From Eutreptiella sp. 'Long Island Sound 2002' (lineage: Eukaryota > Protista > Euglenida), in NCBI GenBank assembly GCA_964036045.1, contig OZ038378.1:39122001-39186000 (forward strand): a stretch of 64,000 nucleotides of DNA, written 5' to 3'. Shown piece after piece: positions 11,501 through 25,523 of the stretch (within the stretch, counting starts at the first letter, position 1; the number at the start of each line of letters is the position of its first letter). The translations under genes and the position numbers were made by a program. The notes beneath the pieces are model-generated. The model did no database searches, had not been told where the DNA came from, and worked only from the letters and a program-made list of their open reading frames with translations.

Positions 11501-14149
11501 ACAAGGCAAAACCGGAGGCACCTAGCCCCGGGGCCAGAGCCCCCATGATACTCGGAAAGGCTTTCAACGGGGACACGACCAACACACTGCTATGGTTGTT
11601 GTGGCACCCCCTTAGTAACTCAAAATGTGTACCAAAGTGTGATGTCATTATTCTCCACCCCAACTTGCACCAAACCAAAATAGAAGCCGTGTTTGGGGCC
11701 CTTTACTGTTGATCCGGGTGGCAAGCCACACCCACCATGTATGAACATTGATCCAACAGGACCTTGTCGCCAATGCTTAGGCACACTACCATCTCACCAT
11801 GGCTGTGCCCTGATTTGGCTAGTGGCTCTCTACCATGGGTAGCCTTCGCTTCCCATTTCGATATTGGGTCCCACCAACCATTCTAATGCTAAAATAGCAC
11901 ATGCGTACCTCTTTGTGTCAGCTCCAATCCTACACTAATTTGTACCTTGCATGGGCAAACGTGCGATGTTTACGTTTCACAAGTACCGACCATCATAGGG
12001 GCCTGTCTACACCATCTAGTGCATAAGAAATCAGTGTGGAAGTAAAACGGGCATTGTTGGATATTGTTTCACACGGGCTGATCCATGGTGCTGAATAGCG
12101 CCTTTAAACGAACACTTCTTCACCACAAAATGGACGCGGGCATGGCATCACAGCCGGAGCTAAATCATTTAGCAATTATTTCATAGTCCCATTTGCATGA
12201 AAGGTGGATTGGGTTGTTGGACAACATCCATGATGTAGAGTGCTATGACAATGGTACCCACCTAGCAAGGTGGTTCGACACATTTAGGATTGTGTTGAAT
12301 TCTTTGCATGAAACTTGCAATGGATGGATTCTCAATAGTACGCAGCTGGAGTCGTTCTGTCGCTCTACGGTTTCGGAGAGAGAATCGTCCTAATGCGAGA
12401 TGCTTCTTTGACACCTGGTGTACCATGGTGCAAATGGGATCCAACCATCTTTGTTGACCTATGGTAATTGCAAACCTATGAGGCACACAAAAGCACACGA
12501 GTAAGCCTACATGTGGTGTTGTGCCTGAAGCAGAAGGTTTAGGACGATCTTCTCTTACAATAAAATTCACAATATCGCCAACATATGCAAGAAGAAGCAA
12601 AAATATATCTTAGAGTAGGCAAAGTTCGCCAAAAAGGCAAGTATGCATGAATCCACTGAAGCCAGTTCGGATCTCATTTGGCTCCTCTTTTGGATCTTTC
12701 ATCCATTTCAGCGATTTCGGCTATTTGGGGTATAATTTCAAGAGAATTCCCAATTTATACCATCTATAATCCACAGGTGCTAATGTCTCATGGAGGTGAT
12801 CCAATGCTCTCATGTCTTTTGGTAGGAGTGCGGGTCGTGCAAGGGGTTAACGCTGTGCATCGCAAGCATCATATACCTGTTTGTGATTTTTTATGTTGAC
12901 GGGTCCACAACGCTGCTTTTGTCTATCTTTGTTTCGCCGAGCCTATGCTTTTAGGTTCAGTGGTGACTCGAGGGAGCTCATTCTTTTGAGTTACCACCTC
13001 CCCCCAATCACTTGGGCGGGTTACCACGGTGTATGTGGTACCCTCCCCCACGAGGGGCGCGCCAAGAGAACAACCGGGATCCTTTGGTCCTCTTTATGTG
13101 CTGTCGAGCAGGTGACAATGCTCTGGGAAGCCGGTTCGCATTGCATTTGGCTGTTGTGTTCCATATTTCAGCGATTTCAGTAATTTCAACAATTTCAGGT
13201 ATCATCTCAAGAGACTTCAGAATTCATATCATCTATAATCTATAGGATGGAGGATTCCACATTTGTGGTTGAGATCAAGCCTGCTATGCGTGCGCGCACC
13301 CTTGTTCAAATTGGGCCCCCGGCCCGCCTTGCCACATGCGGGGAGAGGGGGAGGGGCCCCCTCCGCACAAGTCACAGGCCACCTCTCAACCCTCTATGAC
13401 AGGGAACCCCATGTGTTAAGTAAAGTGGTTCTATCACCCCTACACCCTTACCCCTCAAAATGACCGCCTGGACGTGGCGATCATGGCGTGCATCTTGATT
13501 TTTGTCATCTATGGTCGTTTTAAATAGTTAGGAGCCCTTGAAGTGTGTAGTTTGTAAGCAAGGATCCAAGAATTCCTGTATGTGTAGGGATCGGATTTAA
13601 GGGTGCGCGACCAAAGTTAATATGCAAACTGATGTAATGTATGAATCTCAGGGCTGAAATCGTAAAAAATCGAATCATAGGGTTAATTAATTTCTAGCAC
13701 TGGCGACAGCGCTCTTGGCGGCGGCGCAAACTCGCAGCACTTGAATAAATTCTGGTTGGCAAAAATAAAAGGAGAGTGATTGTCATTTGCGGTCAAAAAG
13801 AAAAATATGTTCCTTTTCATTGCGGTCGTGGCTTTGCTCTTCGTGTTTCGTTTCGTGTTGGCGGTTTGCTGTTTGCTCTTTGCCGTGCCCACTCAAGCCG
13901 CTGACATGAAGGTCGCAGACGAGCCGCAACCGTTGTTGACCACTGCCGGCGGCTACTGGTGTGATGCCCGGAGTTGATTTGGTGTGTTTCGTTTTGCAGG
14001 GGTGAATGCATGCAGATTCAGATGGAGTTTGTCGATTTGGTTTTGCGCGTGCATGCTTGCCTGCAATCCGTGCCCTGCTTGGTTGGTTCGCTGGAGCTTG
14101 CTTGTGTGTGCCCCGTTTGAGTTTGATTTCGCATTAGAGTGCACCGACA

Positions 14150-14600
14150 CACAAATCACAGAAAAACGGCGCGCTGACACTCAAGTGGCACAGTTGACAC
14201 AATCATTGCGCGCTGACACACGCATGGCACACACACAGCGCGCGCTAGACACACAAGTTACACACACTTTGCGCGGTGACACAGAGATGACACACACACA
14301 GTGCACTGCCACACAAATGACACACACACACAGCGCGCTGACACATGACACGCGCCAGCACACAAATGACACACACCCAGCGCTCGCCGGACACACAGTG
14401 ACACACCCAGCGCGAGCCGGACACACAAACACACACCCATGGCGCCGCAAACACACTATCCCATACCCAACGCGCGCCGGACACACCATTACACACCCAG
14501 CGCGCGGCAAACACACTATCACACACCCAGCGCGCGACAAACACACAATGACACACCCAGCGCGGCGAACACACCATCACACACCCAGCCACACACCCTC
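14150..14600. repeat. Degenerate ~30-bp AC-rich minisatellite (ACACACCCAGCGCGC...) directly upstream of the Helitron ORF
   Basis: CACACACCCAGCGCGCG is repeated with variable spacers. Confidence 0.85.
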
Positions 14601-14615
14601 TTCCTTTGGTACATC

Positions 14616-17600
14616 ATGGAGTCGCCTGACCGCCCGTTGGGAAACGTTCGCCACTTGTTTGCACATGCTGAGTGGCAAGACAAGGGTGTGGATGCTGTTG
14701 CCAACTTCAATCATTGGCACATTGGAGTCTGGACGGACGACAGGGTGGACGACCTTGATCCTACCGTGGCGGAGGCAGCCAACCGTGCCGCTCTTGCACG
14801 GCTCAGCGCCACCATAGAGCGTGCCTTTGACTTCTTGCAGGATGAGGAAGAAATTCGTGTGTGGGAGGCACGGGCTGTAAAAGTGCAGAAGCACACTTGT
14901 GGCCAAAAATGCCTCATTGATGATGGGCATGGTGCCAAGGTGTGTAAGGATGGTATTCCCACGCAGCCTCACAGCAAAGCATGTGCCCGTACAATTCACA
15001 CGAAGGTGCCTGAGGAGCTAGAATCATTGTTGTTGGACCATGGACTTGCCCATCGTAATGCGGGGACGAACAAGGTGGAGTTGCACGACTCTATGATCGG
15101 CAAGGTGTACGAGGCCGCACGGGAAGGGTGGTCTATTAGTGGGAATAGCCAATTCTCGCCAAGGTTGTTCGTTGCCTCTGGGGGTTGTCATCAAAATTGG
15201 CAGGTTGTTCATGGACGCCGCTTCTTGCTCGCCTACTTGGTTAAATATTTGAGCAGTGAGGAGGAGCGTTGTTTGGTGCGCATAACAAAACAAGGGGCCA
15301 CAATTATGCACGCCCATGTCCAAGATGAGCAACAGCGAAAGCGCACAACGGGACAACGAGTAAAGCCGTCACATGCCCGACTCATTGGCTTAAGTGACAT
15401 CATGTTCTTGGTCCTTCAATACAAGACCGTCTTTTGCACATTTACTGCCAACCGAGTGAACATCGGTTCCCCGGAATCGCGCTTTGTTGTCCTTCGTCCG
15501 CGTTGGTCGCCAGAATGCAAGCAAGCCAGATCTTTGGGCCTGACCCCTTCTTGGATCGAAATGGGTACAGACCGCACGCACCAAGACCCGACGATTCACG
15601 AAGTGGGCGACATCTTGGCCCGTTTGGTGCCAATCCCACTGCTGATTTTCTCCATCCACTCCGTGAACCTGATCGCGGGCAACGAGCCTCGTATCACCAA
15701 TGGGCAACCTCCCGGTACACCCCAGACAAGGTGCTACTGTATTGTTTGCGTCCGGCGGAGATATTGGACATGACGTTGGAGGAGTATTCTATGTTCACGT
15801 CTATTGACGATGTGTGCAAGGACCGCTCCTTGTGGAAGCTTGACTGGGTTCAGCGACGTGAGCGCATCATGAATTGGAGGAAAAATGGGATGTTTGATGT
15901 TCGCTATAAGCGAGTGCTGTTGAATCCAGAAATCTTCACACGCCCGGGACTGTATCGTCGAATTTTCGAACGCTTGGGTGATTCACAAGCCGGCCAGGCA
16001 ATCGCCCGTGCTGTGCAAAGTCCAGCCTCCTTTTGCGAGCCATGGATGCACAAATTGGTTGACTTTGAGGCTAAACCCGTGGTTGTGGTATACCCACGGT
16101 ATGCGCCTTCGCTCAACGGCAACTGGATGAGTAGTGTTGTTCTACGCCATGCACCACCTTTTACTCACGAAAAGACCATGGTGGACGAAGGGATGTGCAA
16201 CAATTGCAGGGCAGACCGCAACGGTGATTGGCATGCCGCAACTCACAACCTACTTGGCAACCTCTCCTTGCAGTGTTGGGTGTTGGGGGAGTTGAGCTTC
16301 TGGCCCATTGGGGTTCGTACCATGTTTCGCATCATTGAATGTGTCTATGAGCAACTACACGGCATGGGAACTTATAACATGACCTCAGGGTCGGCTTTCA
16401 CGGACGCTGAATTGGACGAAAAACATACCTCAAAGTATGAAGCTCTCCTGCAATCAGCATATGAACGACACATGGAGATGCTACGCCACCTTTCCCCATG
16501 GCAACAGGCTGCTGATCAAGAGGCTGCAAGTTGGCAAGAGCAACAGGACGGCATGCAATTGTTGCTTGACCGGTTTGATCGCCTTCTGTACTTCATGGAG
16601 CAAATCGTGGCCCCTGATGACATTGCCGCCGAGGGATTGCCACACATCCGCCCCTTGTACATTGAAGGCCCCCCCGGAGGTGGCAAAACTTTCATTGCTC
16701 TACAATTTGTTCGGAAATCGTTTGAACGCGGTATAACTTCCTATCAGGTGGAGATCACATGCGTGTCCGCATACCGTGCATCCGTTCTTGGTGGCGTACA
16801 CATCCACGAGTTGTTTGGTTTCTTACCGGGCAACTCAAACCTATGGGCCACTCCGCAAAGTCTCGCTGCCGTCGCGCTCCGCCGCTTACGGAAGAATCCG
16901 GAGAAAATGCGGCGCTTGCAGGAATTGATTGTCTTGGTTGTGGATGAATTCGGTCAGTGTGGTGCAGAGTTGCTGGTCGCCATGGATATTGTCTTACGCA
17001 AGGTTCGGGGTACTGAGCACCCGTTCGGTGGCCTATTGTTAGTAGCAGCGGGAGATCACTATCAGACTGAACCAATCCGAATGCGGCCCCCGTTGACTTC
17101 ATACATATTTTGGTGTAACTTCGAAGTCATTAGTCTTCGTAGATTGTTCCGCAGCCGTGGTGACCAAGGGTTGCAACGAATCATCAACCTAATGCGGGTC
17201 CCCGAGATGTCAGCGGAGGGTATTGAAGAGGTGTTGCACCTTATCGAGGATGCCTTTTTGGGCTTCAATCGGGTTGTCTCCCCTGATGAGGTCCACTCGG
17301 ACGCTGTGTGGCTCCTCTCGAAGCGGAAAGCTGTCAGTGATGCGCGCGATGATGCCTTTGAGGTGGCGAGGCCCGATGACCCTAATGTGCTGATGGACCA
17401 GTTCAAGCGTAAGTACATGGCGGAAGACCAGCACTTGCAGGCGGACAACTGGCGGCCGGCTTCAAATGATCGCCTTGTGACGCCTTTGGATTGTACCTGT
17501 GCGTTGGTCAAGAAGTGCTATGCAATTGTGGGCAAGCGCGTGACCGTCACCCGAAATTTTAGGTGGGACGATCGTGGGACAGATCGCTTGGTGGCAAATG

Positions 17601-18037
17601 GCATGGCTGGCATGGTGACGCACTTCAATGATATCACGGTTAGAGTGGAGCTCGACAACGGATGGCATGTACCCGTGCACCGTGTGTATTCTCCTGTAGT
17701 GCACTGTGGGGGAAAGCAACTTCGTCGTCGCCAATTTCCTCTAGAGCTTGCGGTGGCGTCTAGCATTCACGATGCCCAAGGAATGACGCTTCCACACCTT
17801 GCCACCCACTTGGATGCTGACTCCCGCCACGCCATGTGGTCGCGGATGATAACGTTCACGCTCTTCACACGCGCGGAGCGTGTACGCGGCATTTGGTTGG
17901 TCAACTACGACCGCAATGAAATGCTCCGTGTGTTGCAGCACCGTACTGCCTGGCATGGGGAGGTGGATGTGTTAAAGAAAGTCCCTACCAGGACCGGCCC
18001 CTGCTGTACCCCTTCCACCATAACCCGTCACTCCTAG
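14616..18037 (+). mobile_element. Helitron-type Rep (HUH endonuclease)-PIF1 helicase gene, frameshifted between the Rep and helicase frames (~15,500-15,720)
   Basis: Rep frame (14439-15773): motif 2 EWQDKG..HWHIGVW, QKHTCGQKC, CKDGIP and motif 3 YLVKYLS. Helicase frame (15434-18037): YCLRPAEILDMTLEEY, GPPGGGKT, VDEFGQ, GGLLLVAAGDHYQ, LRRLFRS and RRQFPLELAVASSIHDAQGMTL. Termini were not identified. Confidence 0.88.
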
Positions 18038-19628
18038 GGTCTTGCTCCTCACCAGGGTCTGCATTTTCCCACAAAAAAATAGAAAAAGGCTCCTCCACAC
18101 AAACCCCTTGCAATACCCTACTCCCAAGTACAATCCAATCCAATCCAATCCAATCCACACTGGGGCTTCCGTTCAACACGCCGGTTGTCTCACGGTGCAC
18201 ACGGAGACACGGCGGTGGGCATGTACAAGAATTGCACCAAAAAGGAAGCCCTGAAATTGGCATATGAACACAAATAAAGCAAAGTTGGGGAGAGATGGAA
18301 ACGTACACAATCACAGCCATAGACCCCTCATTCCCTGGACCCAAGACCTTCCCTTGACTCGCCAACATGATACCCTGAACCCAGTCAAATAGGATGGCTA
18401 AATGCCATGTGTCAAAAGTCACTACATAAACCCCAAAAATGTGTTCACTCCCAAGCCTCTAAATCCTAGCCCAATAGGGGAGGTGGCGTGTCATGGCCTA
18501 GAGTGGCACTCAGGACCATGCCCTACCCTGACATAACCTTGGTCGGACTTGGAGTCGATTGGGCTTGGAGAAGTGCCCCATGAAGATGACCTCACAACAT
18601 GGCAAAATCAGGCAAATCACACCATTATGCCCAAAAATCAATTATATACTCAAAAATGCATACGGCAAATATTCAAATGCTCCATGCATGTGTCAAACAG
18701 GAAAGTAGTATACAAGGTATAGATATAGACCAAAGGTCCATGCCCAAGAATGTCCCATCATTGGCTCCGAAACCCCTCCGGTTATGTACATGACATGCTT
18801 CACAAGTCAACTCATGAATTTGAGACCTAATATTGTGAGGCCTCGTGTGCCACGCCAAATTGACCACGTGATCCGGCATATGGTGAGGTACAACACCGAA
18901 GCATATGCCAACATATAAGCAACATACCATAGTTCTCGGATCTCTAGGCACTTTACTGTTAGCCGACCAGTTGAGCACATGAAATACAAAAATGAGCATA
19001 AAATGAGGTCAAAAACATGCAAATAATGCCAAATTCAAGATGATTACAATAGTATATAACTTCCCTCACCCATGGTATCAACATATGATTCAAAACACAA
19101 TTGCTTGGGACCATTTGCAAACATTCCCCCCACTTGGATCCCCACATGGACGCATAGGGACACCTTTGAACCTCCTCCCAACGCGCACCATGAAATTGGG
19201 AAAATTGATAGTGGCGCTTGTGGGTCGCTCCGTGAGCCCTCCCACATGCACTATATGAGCGGTAGACTTGGTCTAGCGCTATGGAGCTCACTATTCGGAC
19301 ATGGGCGAAGCCCTTGCCACGTATGACTCCATATATCTTCCTACAAACGGAGATATATAACATGGGCGTGAGCATATCGAAGCACATACCATGCATATAA
19401 CACATACCCTCATAAAGTGGCTCCCACCATGATATGCCATGCCCCTCCATGGACATAACTTCACGTTAAAAATACATAGGAACCCAAGGAAAGTTTCTAT
19501 GCAACACCAACACTCATGCTGTACACTGGAAAGTCGCATTAAAATATTCGGTTGCACGGTCCAAGAGTTATATCTTACTTTCTACCCTCTTGACCATTAT
19601 CCCTTGCTACACCGGGCATGTGTACACA

Positions 19629-20288
19629 TCAAAGGCGTTTGATGCTCCCTAAATTAAGTTGAGACCAAGGCGGTTCCAACCCCATTCTCGAATTGGGTAT
19701 TCCTCGCCGTGAGCCAGAGATATGACCTTTCAAAGTGGCCCCACGAATCAATTTTGTTTCTCCTTTATCTCCAAGAAAAACGAAGGGGATAACAAAAGGA
19801 AGGTTGATTCGTGATCGGGGAAAAATGTCGGACCACTCGAGATTCATCATATCAAGTGCGGCGATGTCGAAGTCAAAAATCCGATTCTGAAAGTCTGAAA
19901 AAATCCGATTAATTTTGCGAGTGTATAACATGAAAATTGCGGAAGCAACGAACCCTTTACTGATGAAGTCTGACCCTTCATCGGGGTTTCCGCCAAAATA
20001 TCTGCAAATAACAGTTAACCAATCGGTGGATGAATGGTGTCTCCACCAACCGTAGGTGTCACGTACACGTTGCTTTCCTTTCTGTTCTAGTTCTTGTTGT
20101 CCTCGTTCATCTAGCAACGTTCGTGCTTCGAAAGCAGCCTTGTTGAAACCTTCTTCATTGAATGCGCCCAACACAGTGTCAATGATATTCTCTTTCATTT
20201 CTTGTTCAAATCCCCCCCGCAGGGGGCTGGCTTCTGTGGGGGTCGGGGTGTTGGGGGCCCCTGACCCCGCGCCAGAAGCAGTGACCAA
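19629..20288 (-). CDS. Hypothetical protein (219 aa), no recognised domain
   Basis: Uninterrupted, non-repetitive ORF with globular-looking composition amid degenerate repeats. Confidence 0.35.
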   Translation of the reverse strand: MVTASGAGSGAPNTPTPTEASPLRGGFEQEMKENIIDTVLGAFNEEGFNKAAFEARTLLDERGQQELEQKGKQRVRDTYGWWRHHSSTDWLTVICRYFGGNPDEGSDFISKGFVASAIFMLYTRKINRIFSDFQNRIFDFDIAALDMMNLEWSDIFPRSRINLPFVIPFVFLGDKGETKLIRGATLKGHISGSRRGIPNSRMGLEPPWSQLNLGSIKRL

Positions 20289-20889
20289 CTACTACGTTAC
20301 GCGACCCCCCCCCCCTGGAAGACAGCCCTTCTCAAAACCCCGCAATGCAGCCCCTTAAAATGATCGCAATGAAATTCTAAGAACGCAACTTTTCTTCTTT
20401 TTGGCCGACGATGCTCGTTTTGGCGCATTAGGGTCGTTTTAAGCAGTTTTTCGGGCAGTCTCCGAAAATTTGGGGCTGAATTCTGTATTGGCTCCTGCTT
20501 GCGAAGTTACATCATGTTGTAGGCCCTTAAAATGACCGGCTCGGGCCAAAACGCCAGAAAAGCAACCTAATTGGCCAAATCGGGTGCTGTTTCGATGATT
20601 TACAGTCAATTTTGTGCGTTTTTTGGCAGTTTTCTGCCATTTTTTTCGCCATATTTGGCATGTATACTTGCTGCCCATCTGGCTAGCCTTTTTTGCCAAT
20701 GGTGCAACCATGTTGTGCAAGAGGCACGAAGCAGCACCCGCTAGGCTACGTTTTTGTGGGGCTTGGCCCACAAAAACGGAGCCTAGCGGCCGGCGCTGGC
20801 GCCGTTGCTCCCGTGTTTTCATGGTTTTCTCCTTCTCCGCCTTTGAATGGTCTTTTTGCCTTTGTGCTCCTCGTCCTCGCCGTTCTCAT

Positions 20890-23800
20890 CTGAGCACCCG
20901 TGCGACCCCACCTCGTGCAATTTCCCCCCGCTTGTTCACCTCCCCCCCCCCATGGGGGGCTTTTAATTGGGGGGCCGGGAAATGGGGCCCCGCCCCCCTC
21001 TAAAAGCAGTCCTTATGCCATTATATACAATCCGCGCGCCGAAACGAAACATACTTCAAAAGTCTACGATGCAGCCCCTCTAAATGACCGCCTCAGAGAG
21101 CTGATTCGCACTGTCATATCTCTTTTGATCAATCATGACTGTTTTGCAAAGTTAGGACCTTTACAAGGTTTGAACTTCTGTAACAGCATCCACTAATTCC
21201 ATATAACCTAGGGATGCGATTTAAAGGTGCACCAGCAAAGTTGAGGTTCCGAGCAACACTATATATAAGCCACAGGCCCCAAATCCCAAGAAATCTATTT
21301 GCCATATTAATTATTTGCTGTGCACGCGTGCATTTCGCAGTCGCCGGCATTTGCGATCTTTCATTTTGACTGTTCAAAGTGAAATCGGGCTACAGTGCAC
21401 GAAATTTCGATCTAAGACCAGTTTTATAAATGATTCTAAAAGCTCTGTCTTGCTGTATAGTTGAAAAACCACCGTCATTTTGTTTTAGCACTGCTTTTCG
21501 ACTTGACGGTTTTCAGCGCGGACGGCCGCCTTCACAAGCTCAAAAATGAAAAGAATACACCCGAATTGACCGAAATTGCCCTTAATTTCGTCCAAATCCG
21601 ATACAATAGGCCCGAGTTATGAATATGTCAATTTTATGCTATTTGCAACCTGTGTCGCTAATATTGCCAAATGCACCCTCCCTGTCTTTGCGCTGCTAGC
21701 TTAAACACAAGGCAAAGGAGTGTTTTTGCTCTTGTTTGTCACCGCCTGGCTCCACTTCTGACATAGAAAGGTGACCCGAAAACGGCTAAAAACGTAATAA
21801 GGCTTTTCTTTTGATGGTGCTTCGCACCAGCAAAGGAAAAGCCAGACCAAGCACGAAAGACGAAGGATTCATTTAATCTTACTTTTCCACACCCTCCACA
21901 ACATATCATGTATCCTTGCTTCATTGCAATATCTCAAAATGCTCATCGTTGTTTGTTATAAGTACTTGATCATGCATGTGCATATTGTGCAATTTGACTT
22001 CCACGTCCGACAGATCCCTTTCACAGGCGATCGCAGCCCGCACACTGCCCTTCCCCATCTCGTGGAGCCCCCCTCCGCTTGTTCACCTCCCCCCCCATGG
22101 GGGGCTTTTAATTTGGGGGCCGGGGAATGGGGCCCCGCCCCCCTCTAAAAGCAGTCCTTATGCCATTATATACGACTCGCGCGCTGAAACGAAACATACC
22201 TCAAAAGTCTACGATGCAGCCCCTCTAAATGACCGCCTCGGAGAGCTGATTTGCGCCGTCATATTTGTTTTGATCAATGATGGCTGTTTTGCAAAGTTAG
22301 GAACTTTACAAGGTTTTAACTTCTTTAGCAGCATCAACTAATTCCATGTAAGCTAGGGATGCGATTTAAAGGTGCGCTAGCAAAGTTGAGGTGCCGAACA
22401 ACACTATATATGAGCCACAGGCCCCGAATCCCAAGAAATCCATTTGCCATATTATTTTTTTTGCTGTGCACGCATGCGTTTCGCAGTCGCCGGCATTTGC
22501 GATCTTTCATTTTGACTGTCCGGAGTGAAATCGGGCTACAGTGCACAAAATTTGGATCCAAGACCACGTTTATAAATGATTCTAAAAGGCGCGTCTTCCT
22601 GATTAATTCAAAAACCGCCGTCATTTGTTTGGCACCGTCTTTCGATTTGACGGTTTTCAGCGCACGCAGTCGCCTTTTCAAGCTCAAAAATGAAAAGAGC
22701 ACCCCCAAATTGACCAAAATTGCCATTAATTTCGTCCAAATCCGATACAATAGGCCCAAGTTATGAATATGTCAATTTTATGCTACTTGCACCCTGTGTG
22801 GCTAATCTTGCCAAATGCACCCTCCGTGTCCTTGCGCTGCTAGCTTAAACACAAGGCAAAGGAGTGTTTTTACTCTTGTTTGTCACCGCCCGGCTCCACT
22901 TCTATCATAGAAAGGTGACCCGAAAATGGCTCAAAGCGTAATAAGGCTTTTCTTTTGATGGTGCCTAGCACCAACAAAGGAAAAGCCACACCAAGCACGA
23001 AAGACGAAGGATTCATTTAATCTTACTTTTCCACACCCTCCACAACATATCATGTATCATTGCTTCATTGAAATTTCCTCAACATGCCCATCCTTCTTTG
23101 TTATGAATACCTGATCATGCACGTGCATATTGTGCAATCTGACTTCCACGTTCGACAGATACCCTTCCGAGGCGATCGCAGCCCGCACATTGCCGTTCCC
23201 CATCTCGTGGAGCCCCCCTCCGCTTGTTCACCCCCCCCCCCATGGGGGGCTTTTAATTGGGGGGCCGGGGAATGGGGCCCCGCCCCCCTCTAAAAGCAGT
23301 CCTTATGCCATTATATACGATCCGCGCGCCGAAACGAAACATATCCCAAAAGTGTACGATGCAGCCCCCCTAAATGACCGCCTCAAAGAGCTGATTCGCG
23401 CTGTCATATTTGTTTCGATTGATCATGGCTGTTTTGCAAAGTTGGGACCTTTACAAAGTTGTAACTTCTTTACCAGCATCCACTAATTCCATATAAGCTA
23501 GGGATGCGATCTACAGGTGCACCAGCAAAGTTGAGGTGCCGAACAACACTATATACAAACCACAGGCCCCAAATCTCAAGAAATCTATTTGACATATTAT
23601 TTATTTGCTGTGCACGCGTGCATTTTGCAGTCGCCGGCATTTGCGATCTTTCATTTTGACTGTCCAAAGTGAAATCGGGCTACAATGCACTAAATTTCGA
23701 TCTAAGACCAGATTTATAAATGATTCTAAAAGCCTCGTGTTGCTGTTCAATCGAGAAACCGCCGTCGTTTTGTTTTGGCACCGCTTTTCGATTTGACGTT

Positions 23801-25523
23801 TTTCAGCGCCCCCAGCCGCCTTTTTAAGCTCAAAAATGGAAAGAACACCCCCAAATTGACCAAAATTGCCCTTGATTTCGTCAAAATCCGATACAATAGG
23901 CCCGAGTTATGAATATGTCAATTTTATGCTATTTGCACCGTGTATCGCTAATCTTGCCCAATGCACCCTCCCTGTCCTTGCGCTGCTAGCTTAAACATAA
24001 GGCAAAGGAGTGTTTTTGCGTTTGTTTGTCACCGCCCGGCTCCGTTTCCGACATAGAAAAGTGACCCGAAAATGGCTAAAAACGTAATAAGGCTTTTCTT
24101 TTGATGGTGCTTCGCACCAGCAAAGGAAAAGCCAGACCAAGCACGAAAGACGAAGAATTCATTTAATCCTACTTTTCCACAACCTCCGTAACATATCGTG
24201 TATCATTGCTTCATTGAAATTTCTTCAACATGCTCATCGTTCTTTGTTATAAGTCACTGATCATGCACGTGCACATTGTGCAATCTGACTTCCACGTCCG
24301 ACACATACCATTCAGAGGCGATCGCAGCCCGCACACTGCCCTTCCCCATCTCGTGGAGCCCCCCCCCGCTTGTTCACCCCCCCCCCCCATGGGGGGCTTT
24401 TAATTGGGGGGCCGGGGAATGGGGCCCCGCCCCCCTCTAAAAGCAGTCCTTATGCCATTATATACAGTCCGCGCGCCGAAACGAAACATATCCCAAAAGT
24501 CTACGATGCAGCCCCTCTAAATGACCGCCTGAGAGAGCTGATCCGCACTGTCATATTTTTTTTGATCCATCATGGCTGTTTTGCAAAGTTAGGAACTTTA
24601 CAAGGTTTTAACTTCTTTAACAGCATCCACTAATTCCATATAACCTAGGGATGCGATTTAAAGGTGCACTAGCAAAGTTGAGGTGCCGAACAACACTATA
24701 TATAAGCCACAGGCCCCAAATCCCAAGAAATCTATTTGCCATATTTTTTATTTGCTGTGCACGCGTGCATTTCGCAGTCGCCGGCATTTGCGATCTTTCA
24801 TTTTGACTGTTCAAAGTGAAATCGGGCTACAGTGCACGAAATTTCGATCTAAGACCAGATTTATAAATGATTCGAAAAGCATCGTCTTGCTATATAGTTG
24901 AAATACCACCGTCATTTTGTTTTGGCACCGCTTTTCGACTTGACGGTTTTCAGCGCGGACGGCCGCCTTCACAAGCTCAAAAATTGAAAAGAATACCCCC
25001 AAATTGACCGAAATTGCCATTCATTTCGTCAAAATCCGATACAATAGGCCCGAGTTATGAATATGTCAATTTTATGCTATTTGCAACCTGTGTCGCTAAT
25101 CTTGGCAAATGCACCCTCCCTGTCTTTGCGCTGCTAGCTTAAACACCAGGCAAAGGAGTGTTTTTGCTCTTGTTTGTCACCGCCTGGCTCTACTTCCGAC
25201 ATAGAAAGGTGACCCGAAAACGGCTAAAAACGTAATAAGGCTTTTCTTTTGATGGTGCTTCGCACCAGCAAAGGAAAACCCAGACGAAGCACGAAAGACG
25301 AAGGATTCATTTAATCCTACTTTTCCACACCCTCTACAGCACATCATGTATCATTGCTTCATTGCAATTTTCTCAACATGCTCACCGTTGTTTGTTATAA
25401 ATACTTGATCATGCATGTGCATATTGTGCAATTTGACTTCCACATCCGACAGATACCTTTCAGAGGCGATCGCAGCCCGCACACTGCCCTTCCCCATCTT
25501 GTGGAGCCCCCCTCCACTTGTTC
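20890..25523. repeat. Tandem array of a ~1,146-bp unit (four copies)
   Basis: The anchor CATGGGGGGCTTTTAATT occurs at 20951, 22096, 23241 and 24388 (spacing 1145, 1145, 1147). The array breaks off at ~25523. Confidence 0.97.

Noticed and set aside
18020-18060. CTAG at 18034-18037 as the Helitron 3' terminus
   Set aside because: No convincing GC-rich hairpin lies just upstream, so the end is left undefined.
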